IMG/VR virus record: IMGVR_UViG_3300020122_000089
Location: 32,001-96,000 of that record
Strand: one strand, 5' to 3'
DNA length: 64,000 nt
Origin: a virus
Part shown: positions 1-10,801 of the stretch, one piece after another
Layout: each line of letters opens with the position of its first letter
Numbering within the stretch: position 1 is the first letter of the stretch
Notes under the pieces: model-generated
Seen by the model: only the letters and a program-made list of their open reading frames with translations
Told to the model about the DNA's origin: nothing
The model's database searches: none
Program-made: the position numbers and the translations under genes

Positions 1-3000
1 CGTCATCTGGCGTATCCGCCGACGTAAATCTCCTACCTTGTCGATCCCGTACAACGTGTTTTCCATCTTCTTGTGCGACATAAAATCCATCGGGTAATTC
101 TAGTGTTAATAGGGGTGTTCTATCAATCGGGAGTGATAGCGTTAGCTCCCTATGGTTTTCGCCGCCGGGGGTGGTCCATTGTGTAAACCGTGGCAACCCC
201 TCTTGCTTTTCTAATGATCCAGCGATCAATCTTGCGTCTCGTCGAATACGAAGGGGCATTTCATCCGCTGTAAGAAAATCTGAGTGAGGAGCGGCGCCTC
301 GCCTTACAAACACAACTGACGGATCAGCTCCAGGGACGACGTCCGTAATATATCCCGCCGCCTCTAGTCGCTGTCGGGCTGCGGCGTATTCTGGCGTACC
401 CTGTCCACCAAACTGCCTTTCTTGCAGCTCCACCCTATTCTTCGCAAGATAATCTAATACTTCTTGTTTTGTTACGGGTTCTTTTGCGGAGGATTTGCGC
501 TGGAGGAAATCATAAAGGCCAGTCCAATGCGCTTCATCGTTTGGGCGCTCTATTCCGCCTTCGCCTTTGACTATAAAACCACCGCTACGGAGAATACCTT
601 TTACCTGCTCGGCGGATGCTTTGTTTGGCATTCTTAATTTAACGGCGTTTTCAAGAGGGCTGTACCATTGCGGTGCTTCGTTGTGAAGTTTTGACCAAAC
701 ATCTTCTAGGTATGGACGCACTCTTTCCCCAAGGCGTTCTACCATATCCTTCGTCCATTCTTTGATATTATCTGCGGTGTATTTGCCGGCTTTGTAGGCG
801 TCCCAACCTGTGATTATGGCGGTGTCGTATAGGGCGTGGATTGGGTTTGCGCTTAATGTGTTACCGCTTAATCCTTGGCGCAATCTGTCGCGGGATTTTT
901 GCACGAATTCTGGCTCTTTCTCGGCGCCTTCCATTGACTGATCTATTGCTTCTTTCGCCGCCTTCTCGCCAATATATCCCTCAGCGTCATGAATATTTTT
1001 ATAGACTTGTGGAAAATGCTTTTGAAGTTCTGCATCTGATAAATCGGATAGTCTTGTCGCGTTTGGATTTACCCGTCTTACATCCGCCATTGTTGGATGT
1101 ACGTCTGAAAGAAGCCCTACATCGGGCCAGTCTATTTCTGGAACTTTTCCCATCGCCAAGCGGTCAGCACCTTTGATTCTAGTATTTCCTGTTTCGCCAA
1201 AAGGACTTTGTATTATACGTGTTTGCGCGTCAGGTGTCAAGACCATTAGCTTTTCACCACCGGGAAATCTTCCTACTACCGTATAATCAAGATTACGCCC
1301 ACCGCTTCTATATTGCACTATGGTGGAGGGCTGACGCCCGGTAGCGGCATCTATACCCCGTACAGTACCGGTCATTTGTACAGGGTCTTTGAACTCCATC
1401 CTCATCGCCTTAAAGGCGTCTAATCGCTGGCGTGCGTCAAGACCTGACTGTTGCATTTCCCTGTGAATATCTGGCACTTGTTCGGCGTTTATTTCGTCTA
1501 CTGCATTACGGTGAATGTTGTAGGTTTTTCCGGTTTGTGTATTTTGTACTTTGTACGCTTCGCCTTCTTGGCCAAGAACTTTTAATGGATTTCCGGTTCT
1601 GCGGTCGTATGCAGTACCAGTGGTTTCTTGACCATACTTCTTACGGAGGAATTCTCCTGCTTCTTGCGGGGTTGCGCTTTGTGGAATTACATTTTCCACT
1701 CGCTGCCCAGTGGTAGGTTTTTGAACCACCGGCGGCGGCACTCTTTTAGTAGGGGGCGTAACGCCTTTAGCAACACCTTGTTCTGTTGGTACATTTGCCG
1801 CACCTCGTTCGCCGTTCCAGGCCGTCATGCCATGTCGTATAAAATAAATACCGTTTTCGAGTGGCTTTTTATCGTCAAGGCTGATTCGTTCTAATCCCCA
1901 TTTTCCGTTCGCATCGGGTGCGAATTTCAACACTGTACCGGGAGGGTCGTCGCCTTTCGCTAACATGTGCGCTTCGTCAAAACGATTGTTGGTAACCCCC
2001 TTTTTCAGCCAAGCCTCTAGCATTTTCAAGTCGCGGTAGTGGGTGACAACGCCAACCTTTTGCGGATTATCTTCATAATCAGCCATCGCCTCGCGGAGGC
2101 CGCCTACAAAACGGTCACGGAAATTTCCAAAACTTTCACCTGGTTTTGTACTTGCTTCGCCACGCCCTTCGGCTGGAATTTGTGGGTTCTTAATCAAGCG
2201 GTGCATTTCGTCTAGGACGTCTTGAGTTGGCCTTCCTTCATGCTGACCTAAATACCAAGGATCGAAAGCATCGCGGCTGTCTAGCCTTTGTAGGTTTGGA
2301 TTTGACTCAGCTATTCCATCCTTGGTTTGACGGACGCGCTCCATCTGTTCATTGCCATACAGTACATCAAGACCGCCTTTTGCGGCTAGTTTTGCACCTA
2401 TTTCGCGGGCTTGCTGTACGCCTTCTGGCGCAAGTGGGATATTTGTAGAGCCACGGATTACATCAACGCCAGACTTCATTCCTGGCAGTTCACTCTGTCG
2501 CTTTTGATCTATTAGGCTAGGCAGTGCTTCGCGTCTTGCCGCCTCTAATTCTGGCGTCACCGCTGCGGGTTGGTATCCTTCTAGTCTTCTGTTGATTTCA
2601 TTTTGGACGTCAGTATCCATTCCTATTTTTGGCCTTCCCGCTGGTGGTAGTTTGGTTTCTTCCGGAACTGTCGGGGTACCGCCACGCTCCGTCGCCCCTA
2701 ACGCGGGCTTAGTATCAGAAGCAATGCTAGCAGCGTCGAATGGAATGTAGACCGTATGAGTTGTGTTGCCAAAGTCCGGCGAATCTCCGTCAGTAATGAA
2801 TCCGTCGTAACCTAGTTTGCGAAAGACCTCCCGGACATCGCGGTCGCCCAGTTGCTCAAAGAAATTATCATGCGGCTCGATGCCATGCTGCCCTAAGATG
2901 TCGTAGAAGTCGGGACCGCCATCCTCCGTTATCGTATAAGGGTTCCGCATTGTCACTTTCAGTTTCGTGACTTTCTCGCCGTATGCCTTAGCCGCCGAGC

Positions 3001-5389
3001 GTGAGTCCGTCAGGTACATGCCGTCACGGGCCTTAAACTCACCATCGGTTCCGTGATAAAGTGTCAGTTCTTTCCCCGAAGCGCGCACGGGCTCTGCGTT
3101 AGGTTGGACTGTAGGCGTCGTGCTCGATGGTTTTTCTGCGGACCTGCCTTCTTTCCAAAACCATTGATATCCACGTCTTGAGGTTGCAGGTGTTACTTTT
3201 GTCGTAGTGTTTGGGTTTGCCACTTCGTATCTTGCCGCTGCGGCTTCTGCGTTTTCTTTTGTGGAATATGGTACTGCGATTTCACGTCGCCACTCTGGTT
3301 TTTCTTTGTCAAGCCAACGTGGGTCGAATCTTTCAAGGCTGCCGTTTTCATGCCATGCTTCTACTATTCCATCTGGAAGGGCTTGTCTTACGTTAAGAGG
3401 TTCGCCGCTTCCTTTCAAATACATCTTGCCGGATGGTTCTTCTGTTAATGCTTTTGAGATTGGGTAGGTGTTCCCCGTCCGAGGATTTTTTACCACCCAA
3501 GCATTTCCTTGCTCACCCACACGGAGAAGTGGAAGCCCTAAGTCGCGATGATAAATTACATCTGCTGGCTTTGTCGTTGGAGGTGTAGCGGCTTCGGGCT
3601 GTACACCAACTTGCACTTTTAAGGATTCTGGTATTTGTACTCCTTCAGAACCTTTTCCAACCACGTCAAGATTTGGGCGTTTGTATCTTTCGGCTGAGTA
3701 TTTTCCTTTTGCGGGGCCTTCTGTTGGCGCTTCAAACGGGCCTCGCGCCATCTGCGCTAAAACTTCTGGCGGTGCAGGTGGAAGCCCTAGCCGTCGCTGC
3801 GCTTCGGCGAAGTCTTGCACCTCAGGCTTCGCGGCGCCACGTTCACGGGATATAAGCCCGGCCAACGGCAATAACCCCATTTGTACGGCGCCCGGTATTG
3901 CCGCCAAAGCCGCTTGGCCAGGTGTTGCGCCCTGCGTTGCGGCTTCAAGATACGGAGGCGCCGCACCTACACCCGCCATATACGGTGCTTGTACGCCTAT
4001 CGGTAGCTCACTGCCAGCATGTAGTGCGCCGCCTATTAGCGCGTTCATTGCGGCGGATTTTGCAGCTTCAGCAGGCCCACGGTGCGCTTGTTCTGCCGCG
4101 CCTAGCCCAGCGAATCCTAACGGACCACCTTCTGCCGCTAATAGATATTCTGGTAATTGAAATGCGCCTTGCGCTACGCCGCGGACAATTTGATGTCCGG
4201 GCCCTGGCGCTTGTTCTGCTTCTGCTTGAGCCTGTTCGGATAGTGTTTGCGCTAACGGGCTGACTGGCGGTCGTTGTAATAGCTGACTGGCGTTACCCGT
4301 AAGTGCCGGGACAACATAATGCGCGACGTTGCTGCCTAATTGAGCGAGACCTGCACCTGTCGATGTAGCGGTAGACTGAATATCACTGGCGAGTGGTGGT
4401 TGTTGTTTTGGCGTTGGAACAGAACGCTCGGCTTGCGCTACTTCTGGATTTAATAGCGGAGAGTTTCTTAGCTGTTCAAGTATTTTTGCGTTACGGGCGG
4501 ATAATGCAATGTTTAGCCTACCGTTTTGTTTTCCAATTTGTGCGGCTAACTGGTCGGGGGTTGCATCTAATTCAAACGGATCATATCCTTCATGCTCACC
4601 GGCGCCCCATTGGCGGGCTACTGGTACTTGCCAAGGTTCAAACCCTAGCCCCTGCGTGGCGTATAGCTGCGTCACTTGCGCCTTAAATTCTTCCGGAGTA
4701 ATTCGTTTTGCCTGATAGTCGGCTAGGATGCTGGAGGCGTCTATCGCGGTCGCCCCGCCTATTCTACGATAGGATTTTGGCGTTATCGGTTTTTCGGTAG
4801 GCGGGCCGGCGTTGATTGTGATTTCGCCCAGCTTTGGCAATAATCTCTTGACGTTGGCATCGCCAAACCTAGCAGGTATCCCTGTATCTGGCGCCGTACT
4901 AACCGAGCCTGTATTACTATACGCCTTAGAGCCTGCATATGGATTTGCTGGGGCGGCAGGTGTTGGTTCTTCATCATCTGCAAACTCTACGCCTTCTGGA
5001 AGTATGCCGGGTTGTGCCGTCTGGGATTGAAAACCCGGAATGGGTTCTAAATGCCAATGCGGGCCGGTGCTCCAAGATTCCTGCCCGGTTGATTTGATTG
5101 CTTTTAGCCCGTAGTTTGAGAGGTTTTGATCCATCCAAGAAAGATGCTCTGGCTGTAGGTTTTTCGTTCGCACATCGAACGCATCTCGCTTTGCAGGTGT
5201 GCGGTGCATTGGGTTGTTTGCTGTATCACCAGTAACATCAAGCGGACGTCCGAACTGAGACTGAAACGCCTGTTGGAATTTGTAGAAAGGCGTTTGTTCG
5301 CTGTCGTCGGCGAAGTCAACACCTTCTGGTAGGATTCCGGTCGGAGGTGGTGATGGCTGACTATTTGGTTGTTGCGGGTAGGAGGACAT
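1..5389 (-). CDS. Giant virion/ejection polyvalent protein (>1796 aa, 3' end outside window) with N-terminal M15-like peptidase motif and ART-PolyVal-like ADP-ribosyltransferase domain
   Basis: ATG at 5389 (MSSYPQQPNSQPSPPP). The same frame was spot-checked at 3019 and position 4, and the ORF track lists no stop-terminated ORF in it, consistent with being open to the edge. Motifs: HR..DAFDVR..GPHWHLE, LYHGT..GMYLTDS..AYG..RNP..LGYDG, HWTGLYDFL..VTKQEVLDYL, TPGGENHRELTLSLP. Confidence 0.8.
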   Translation of the reverse strand, partial: MSSYPQQPNSQPSPPPTGILPEGVDFADDSEQTPFYKFQQAFQSQFGRPLDVTGDTANNPMHRTPAKRDAFDVRTKNLQPEHLSWMDQNLSNYGLKAIKSTGQESWSTGPHWHLEPIPGFQSQTAQPGILPEGVEFADDEEPTPAAPANPYAGSKAYSNTGSVSTAPDTGIPARFGDANVKRLLPKLGEITINAGPPTEKPITPKSYRRIGGATAIDASSILADYQAKRITPEEFKAQVTQLYATQGLGFEPWQVPVARQWGAGEHEGYDPFELDATPDQLAAQIGKQNGRLNIALSARNAKILEQLRNSPLLNPEVAQAERSVPTPKQQPPLASDIQSTATSTGAGLAQLGSNVAHYVVPALTGNASQLLQRPPVSPLAQTLSEQAQAEAEQAPGPGHQIVRGVAQGAFQLPEYLLAAEGGPLGFAGLGAAEQAHRGPAEAAKSAAMNALIGGALHAGSELPIGVQAPYMAGVGAAPPYLEAATQGATPGQAALAAIPGAVQMGLLPLAGLISRERGAAKPEVQDFAEAQRRLGLPPAPPEVLAQMARGPFEAPTEGPAKGKYSAERYKRPNLDVVGKGSEGVQIPESLKVQVGVQPEAATPPTTKPADVIYHRDLGLPLLRVGEQGNAWVVKNPRTGNTYPISKALTEEPSGKMYLKGSGEPLNVRQALPDGIVEAWHENGSLERFDPRWLDKEKPEWRREIAVPYSTKENAEAAAARYEVANPNTTTKVTPATSRRGYQWFWKEGRSAEKPSSTTPTVQPNAEPVRASGKELTLYHGTDGEFKARDGMYLTDSRSAAKAYGEKVTKLKVTMRNPYTITEDGGPDFYDILGQHGIEPHDNFFEQLGDRDVREVFRKLGYDGFITDGDSPDFGNTTHTVYIPFDAASIASDTKPALGATERGGTPTVPEETKLPPAGRPKIGMDTDVQNEINRRLEGYQPAAVTPELEAARREALPSLIDQKRQSELPGMKSGVDVIRGSTNIPLAPEGVQQAREIGAKLAAKGGLDVLYGNEQMERVRQTKDGIAESNPNLQRLDSRDAFDPWYLGQHEGRPTQDVLDEMHRLIKNPQIPAEGRGEASTKPGESFGNFRDRFVGGLREAMADYEDNPQKVGVVTHYRDLKMLEAWLKKGVTNNRFDEAHMLAKGDDPPGTVLKFAPDANGKWGLERISLDDKKPLENGIYFIRHGMTAWNGERGAANVPTEQGVAKGVTPPTKRVPPPVVQKPTTGQRVENVIPQSATPQEAGEFLRKKYGQETTGTAYDRRTGNPLKVLGQEGEAYKVQNTQTGKTYNIHRNAVDEINAEQVPDIHREMQQSGLDARQRLDAFKAMRMEFKDPVQMTGTVRGIDAATGRQPSTIVQYRSGGRNLDYTVVGRFPGGEKLMVLTPDAQTRIIQSPFGETGNTRIKGADRLAMGKVPEIDWPDVGLLSDVHPTMADVRRVNPNATRLSDLSDAELQKHFPQVYKNIHDAEGYIGEKAAKEAIDQSMEGAEKEPEFVQKSRDRLRQGLSGNTLSANPIHALYDTAIITGWDAYKAGKYTADNIKEWTKDMVERLGERVRPYLEDVWSKLHNEAPQWYSPLENAVKLRMPNKASAEQVKGILRSGGFIVKGEGGIERPNDEAHWTGLYDFLQRKSSAKEPVTKQEVLDYLAKNRVELQERQFGGQGTPEYAAARQRLEAAGYITDVVPGADPSVVFVRRGAAPHSDFLTADEMPLRIRRDARLIAGSLEKQEGLPRFTQWTTPGGENHRELTLSLPIDRTPLLTLELPDGFYVAQEDGKHVVRDRQGRRFTSADTPDD

Positions 5390-5413
5390 TCGATTAAAAT
5401 GGCCGGTGTGGCG

Positions 5414-5977
5414 TTAGGCGCATTGTCTCTTTGTACGTTTTATCAACCGTAGTTTTGCAGGTGTAGGCTTCCATTGCGGCGCTGGCGGCGGCTGTTTGTT
5501 CTCTTTTTTCTTCTTTTTTAATCTGTTCTGTTTTCTACTTTGCTTCAACGCCAGCCAGTACGCGGTCTCGCCTGATTCGTTTCTCGCAATTGTTTTATGA
5601 TATTCAACAACAGCTCGCGTTATCGCCGCTTCAAATATCCACGCTGAATAGTCAGGCTTGTCAATAATCTTTTCGATTGGATATGATTTTACGTTACTAT
5701 TTTGCAGCCGTACTACAGAGAATCCAAGCGATTTCAAAAACTCCGTTCGCCGCTTATCGTATACCACCGCATCAGGCGTTGAGTGCTGCTTGCCGTCTAT
5801 TTCAACGATTAGCATTTTCTCGGGTAGTACGAAGTCTGCTATATAGAATCCTATGACGTGCTGGCAATGGAAATTCAACCTCGCCATAGTAAGTCTTTTT
5901 GCAAAACGCCTTTCGTATTTAGTCTGCTCGTAGCGCATCTCTTTTGCGCGTGAGTGCAGTTCGTCTAATTGTAACAT
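5414..5977 (-). CDS. DUF559 / Vsr-like PD-(D/E)XK endonuclease-domain protein
   Basis: QHVIGFYIADF..LIVEIDGKQH..YDKRRTEFLKSLGFSVVR matches the DUF559 pattern. Confidence 0.85.
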   Translation of the reverse strand: MLQLDELHSRAKEMRYEQTKYERRFAKRLTMARLNFHCQHVIGFYIADFVLPEKMLIVEIDGKQHSTPDAVVYDKRRTEFLKSLGFSVVRLQNSNVKSYPIEKIIDKPDYSAWIFEAAITRAVVEYHKTIARNESGETAYWLALKQSRKQNRLKKKKKENKQPPPAPQWKPTPAKLRLIKRTKRQCA

Positions 5978-6172
5978 GGCGGGAATCTTCCGGAAGATTT
6001 CATTCCTTGATTTTTGCTAGTAAGCCCTATGTGCGAATCCTAGTAAAATGAAGGATTGCGATTTTCGAGATTTCAATCGCCTATCTGTGCTTTACGTATT
6101 CATTACCATGTGGTATTTCATGGTATTAAGAATCGTATTTACTCCGGCGGCCGCGTGTTTCTACAGGTCCCT

Positions 6173-6201
6173 ATTGTAGCATGGTTTCCTGTTAAAGTCA
6201 A
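6173..6201 (-). promoter_or_regulatory. Sigma70-type promoter upstream of the DUF559 gene
   Basis: TTGACT-17 nt-TACAAT with TG extension on the minus strand. Confidence 0.55.
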
Positions 6202-6240
6202 GGTATTTTTTCTTACCGTTCTTCCGGAAGAAAATCCTCA

Positions 6241-7623
6241 CTACCGCCAATCTATATCATACGTACCGTCAGCTTTGCGGGCTTTTATCACTCCGGTTTT
6301 ACCGTCTTTAGATTTGACAGCACGCCCTATGTTTTGGTCGTGTAAATTTGCAGAACCTGACGCCTTCTGTCTTTGCGCTAACTTAGCCGCTCGCATCGTT
6401 GCTTTTTCTTGTTCTATTGCGGCTTCGTTTGCCTGCTGCTGTTCGGGAGGGGCAAATACCGATACTTTATGCTTTGCTCTCGCATCTTTGTCGATTTGCT
6501 TTTCTTCTGAATCAGTGAGGCGTTGCTCTGAAACGGCACGGTTGGCTGAGGCAATGCCTTCGCGACTCTTAATGCCAGCCTCAGAACGTGCGTTGCGACC
6601 TGCTTCTTTTGTCGCCTCTGAGGAGGTTACGCCCGTCTGTTTTACCTCACCAGTCTGGAGGTTTAGAACACCAACACCAAAGTTCTTATCCACGACCTGC
6701 TTAATCGCGCCTGGGAGGAATTTAGGATCAATGTTTTCGGCGTTAGGGATTCCAGCCTTCTCAGCCATCGCTATGAGCCCATCTGGATCACCGTTTAACG
6801 CGCCACTATTATACGCCTTGATGAAGTTTTCAAAAGGAACATTAGCGTACTTCTCACGAATACCTTGAAGTCGGGCCGAGGTAATGTCTTTATAGGTTTG
6901 CGCACGGTCTTGAGCGACACCTAAACGCCCAAATGCTAGAGCATTCATGTAATCGCGATTCAAAGCGGTAGGGCCTCGAAGGCCAGTCATTGGGTCGATC
7001 CCCGTAAGGCCTTCTAGCTCTTGAGCACGTTTTAGCTGTGCTTGTCTTTGCTGTTCTTCTATCTGAGATGCTTGGGCTAAAGCGGGAAGATGTGACCGGT
7101 AGAAAGCTCGGTTAACGGTGGAAGGATCTACGCCACCATAAATAGCACCACCGAGCCCACCCATGAGAAGGCCCTTTCCAATTCCAGCAAGATGAGCTTT
7201 TAACCCATGTACGTCAGGGGGTGTATAAGCGCTCGCCTGCGCAAAGCGTTGTTCGGCGGGGCCGGGTTGATATAAAGACCTAAGATTAGCGGCCTGCTTC
7301 ATGTATTCTTGCGGGATTGGTTCACCCTGCCCGCCTACAGTACCACCTTGCGCCATTGCGGCAAGAGCGTTCATTAACCCCATGCGGTTTGCCATTTGAG
7401 GATCGGGGCCTGTAATACCTGGGATTTGTTGCGCACCACCACCGCCGTTCATGTCATACCCTGATTGTTGCTGAGGCGCCGCCACTGAGGCGCCCATGCC
7501 GGGAGGTGGGCCTCCGTACTGAGAAGGATCTGAAAATAATGTCACCGGTGGTAGTTGCGCGCCGGCGAGACGGGCAGCACCGCCCCAAGGGTCGGCAGGA
7601 TCAGCGGTAGGATCGTATGGCAT
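6241..7623 (-). CDS. Putative internal virion/ejection protein
   Basis: 460 aa, G/Q/A-rich low-complexity helical protein with a GLLMGGLGG segment, between tail genes and the giant protein. Confidence 0.5.
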   Translation of the reverse strand: MPYDPTADPADPWGGAARLAGAQLPPVTLFSDPSQYGGPPPGMGASVAAPQQQSGYDMNGGGGAQQIPGITGPDPQMANRMGLMNALAAMAQGGTVGGQGEPIPQEYMKQAANLRSLYQPGPAEQRFAQASAYTPPDVHGLKAHLAGIGKGLLMGGLGGAIYGGVDPSTVNRAFYRSHLPALAQASQIEEQQRQAQLKRAQELEGLTGIDPMTGLRGPTALNRDYMNALAFGRLGVAQDRAQTYKDITSARLQGIREKYANVPFENFIKAYNSGALNGDPDGLIAMAEKAGIPNAENIDPKFLPGAIKQVVDKNFGVGVLNLQTGEVKQTGVTSSEATKEAGRNARSEAGIKSREGIASANRAVSEQRLTDSEEKQIDKDARAKHKVSVFAPPEQQQANEAAIEQEKATMRAAKLAQRQKASGSANLHDQNIGRAVKSKDGKTGVIKARKADGTYDIDWR

Positions 7624-7652
7624 TGCTTTATCCTATGAATCTTCCGGAAGAA

Positions 7653-8159
7653 TTAAGACGCCTTTGATAGATACGCTTCGAGATTGAAGATTTGTTTACA
7701 ATTTGAGCAGGCGATTAAATGCGCCTGCTTGTGAAATATCTTTGCTGACGTTACACCGCCATCTGTATCGTGATCTACGAAACCGCTGAGTACAAGCACC
7801 ATCCTAGCGGGCGATTGAAATGTCTCTTTACAAAACATACATTCATATTCATGTTCACGCATTGCATAAGCGCCCTCTTTTGCCGCGATTGCGTCTTTTA
7901 ACGACGCCGCATGTCCATCAGGGTCATTAGTATGATGCGCTGCTGCGTTTATAAGTTCAAGCTGATAATGCGCTGAGGCGATTGCTTTAGCCCTGCTATC
8001 GGTGAATACATAAGGATGATTTAATGATTGCTGTTGACGTTCTTCTGCTAATGCGGATTCAAATTCACGAAGAAGCTCAACGCCATCCTCTTCTTCTTTA
8101 TCATTTAGAATAGAGAGGATTTTGAATCTAAGATCGTTTGCGCGTTGCGTTATATCCAT
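7653..8159 (-). CDS. Hypothetical protein with C-terminal Zn ribbon
   Basis: 168 aa; CMFC and CSNC pairs; ATG directly follows the upstream TAA. Confidence 0.6.
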   Translation of the reverse strand: MDITQRANDLRFKILSILNDKEEEDGVELLREFESALAEERQQQSLNHPYVFTDSRAKAIASAHYQLELINAAAHHTNDPDGHAASLKDAIAAKEGAYAMREHEYECMFCKETFQSPARMVLVLSGFVDHDTDGGVTSAKIFHKQAHLIACSNCKQIFNLEAYLSKAS

Positions 8160-10757
8160 TTAGGTTCCAATGAATCCGCCTACGGCAGGAACGTCGCCAC
8201 CACCGCCACTGCCAAATTGCTGCTGCCCACCAATCCCACCGGTAGGGACTACGCTGAAAGGCTCTGATGCAACAGGATTTCCCGCTGTAATGCCTAAAGA
8301 ATTAGTGTTGCGCTCTTTTAGGTTCTTCCTTACAAACTGTACGGGGGTTTTACCCGTAACCTGCATCACCCTTGCGATTTGTAAGTATGGGCCTGCCGTG
8401 TTTATAGTAGTCGAAGTGCGGAAACAAAGATAAGTGTCCTTCGCCGTGAAGGCATCCGCTCTAATCATTGCCGTAGCTTCTACATAGAGAGGGGTGGTGG
8501 TGAATAGTGTACTTCCAAGCGAGATAATATCAGACTGCTGGACGGCAGCATGGACGGTTTGTACGGTCGCCGTTCCGCTAAGGTTTGGCGTTACTTCAAA
8601 CGACTGATCGTTTGTAATTGAAAGGACGGTGCGGACGTCATTGTTGATCGCCACCTCAGCGCCTACCCTTAGTTCGGAGGTTGCAAGACCTAATCCGTTG
8701 TGTGAATTAACGGTATGGAGGTTCGCGTTTATATCCCAAGTGTCTGTCAAATCAAAAAGACTCGCCAGTAATAGGTCGAGATTAGCGGTTAAGCTGCTAT
8801 TAGAGGATAAGAAGAAGGTCCAACTCTTGAAATCGCCTCTTACGATGTTGGTGAATAAATCCTGTATAATGTACGCCTTATTTGCGGCGGAATCATTTTG
8901 ACGCCAAAACGCTAAGTGGTTCGCTTGATCCCACCGGCCACGAGTGCTACCGGTTCCAATTCCAACAAATCCGCCCGTGGATATTCGCCACTGCTGCCAA
9001 TTGCCCATGGTGGTAGGGGTAGTGCCATCGTCGTTTGTAAAATCGCCATTCCATAGATCGTTGTCAAATGCCGTGTTAGGCGAATAATCAATCTGTCCAC
9101 TCAGGGCTGGTATCGCCACAGAGGCCGCGCTTGTAGTTTGACCAACTGAGTTAGTCAGTCGAAATTGGCATATAAGCTGGACGTCGCCAAACAGTTTCCT
9201 TAATCGTTTTAGCGAAATTGGAATGCTTACTATGGTACCACGATCCGTCACATCGTAAAATACTACACCTGCGGCGCTAGTTGGGTTATCCAACTAGTTT
9301 AGATTCAAGCTAGTAGTCGCTGCAAAATCCGAGATGTTTAACTCTACCAATTTAACAGAAGCGATATTCGTAGCGTTCGCCATTGGCAGCTTGCAATGTA
9401 ATTTGCCTCTTACAAAGAAAAACTTGGGCGCATCTGGAAGAACCGGCGCCGTTAAGTCCGCCGGTATATCGTCTGGTACGCCTGTCGAAAAAGAGGCTCG
9501 GGTAAATGTAAGCTGTAATCCACCTATCGCGGTAATTACCACCTGTAGATCGTAAGTCTGAGATGGCTTGAACCTTGCGCCATCTGCGATAACTATAGAT
9601 TGGGCACCTGCGACTACTAATTCATTATGTTTCAAGGTGGTTTTGTCTATAAAAAGAACATAAGCACCTACACTTTCAGAAGATAGCTTCCGGAAGACTT
9701 TGACATTTTTAGGCGCCACTGGCGTTGCAGGTTGCGTAAAATTTAAGGTTAACTTAGCCGCCTTTGAAGTGTAAGGAGGCGTTGTACTATCTATTGAAAG
9801 ACTTGGGCTAGTCAGTAGTGTAGGGTCAACTGAAAACCCTCCGGCTGAAAAAGTGCATCCACCGCCCGTACTTACGGATTTGTCATTTCCAATCCAGGTG
9901 ATGTTTGCGGTCCAGTTTATTTGATCGCCTGGAATGTATCCTGTCTGTGTGATGTCTACAAATCCTCGATTAACCTTAGTTGGGGAGTTTGGATCTACCT
10001 GTGTTAGCTCAACGCCATTCAAAACGTGTGTAATATGCTTTGCAACGAAACTACCTGATTTAGCCACTACCACGACGGTATCAGAATTTGAAGCACCCCA
10101 CGTTTGGGCATTACCAGATGCGTCGAGTGGTGCCCAAACCCTGTAAGTAACAATTGCTTTATAGTCTAGGTTTGGGTCTAATCCGTTTGCTGCAATTGCG
10201 CCTCCGACTATGCCACCCGTTATCCCTTGTATAAGTCCGCAGTTAGGATCCGATGGAACGCCAAACAGTGACCCTAACGAAAACGTAATGAGATAATCAG
10301 ATTCGTTTCTTGGTGAATCAGGAAAATCAATCGCAGGATTCTGTGTTCTCGCTCCATTTGAGTCTACAGAAACGAGCTTGATACAGCCATATTTCTTCCC
10401 TGCGTATAGCGGGATTGGAAAATCAAAGTCAAATACTGGCGGCGTCGGGGATGGTATTTCAATGTCGGCCGAGTTTATTCGCCATGTCACTGTGACGGGA
10501 CTACCGGTACCTGTATACTCTTCTAATACCACCTTGAGCTTATTAGTATTGAACGGAACTGCACATCTGAGAGTTACTATTACCCTGCCGTTTTTGCCAG
10601 GCTTTGTAGCCACAGGCCACGGGCCTATAGGCGTTAGGTCTGTAGGATTGCCCGCACCAGTAGTTCCTGTGCTTGAAGATTGCGCTGCAATTTGCTGGCG
10701 CAGGTCCTCAAGCATGTTCTGCGTCGTTGGATAATCTATGTCGCCGCCTATACCCAT
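8160..10757 (-). CDS. Tail/receptor-binding structural protein split by one in-frame TAG (ORFs 9294-10757 and 8160-9293)
   Basis: Both ORFs are beta-rich and G/S/T-rich, in the same frame, joined as CTA AAC TAG TTG GAT; no obvious RBS for the TTG start. Confidence 0.6.
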
Positions 10758-10764
10758 TTCCTAC

Positions 10765-10793
10765 TTGACCTTTTGACGTAAATATGTTATATT
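10765..10793 (+). promoter_or_regulatory. Sigma70-type promoter, leaderless transcript for the LAGLIDADG gene
   Basis: TTGACC-17-TATATT (TG-extended), ATG 8 nt downstream. Confidence 0.65.
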
Positions 10794-10801
10794 AAACACC
10801 G

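Noticed and set aside
841-5322. Short ORFs listed over the first 5.3 kb
   Set aside because: Shadows of the giant minus-strand ORF.
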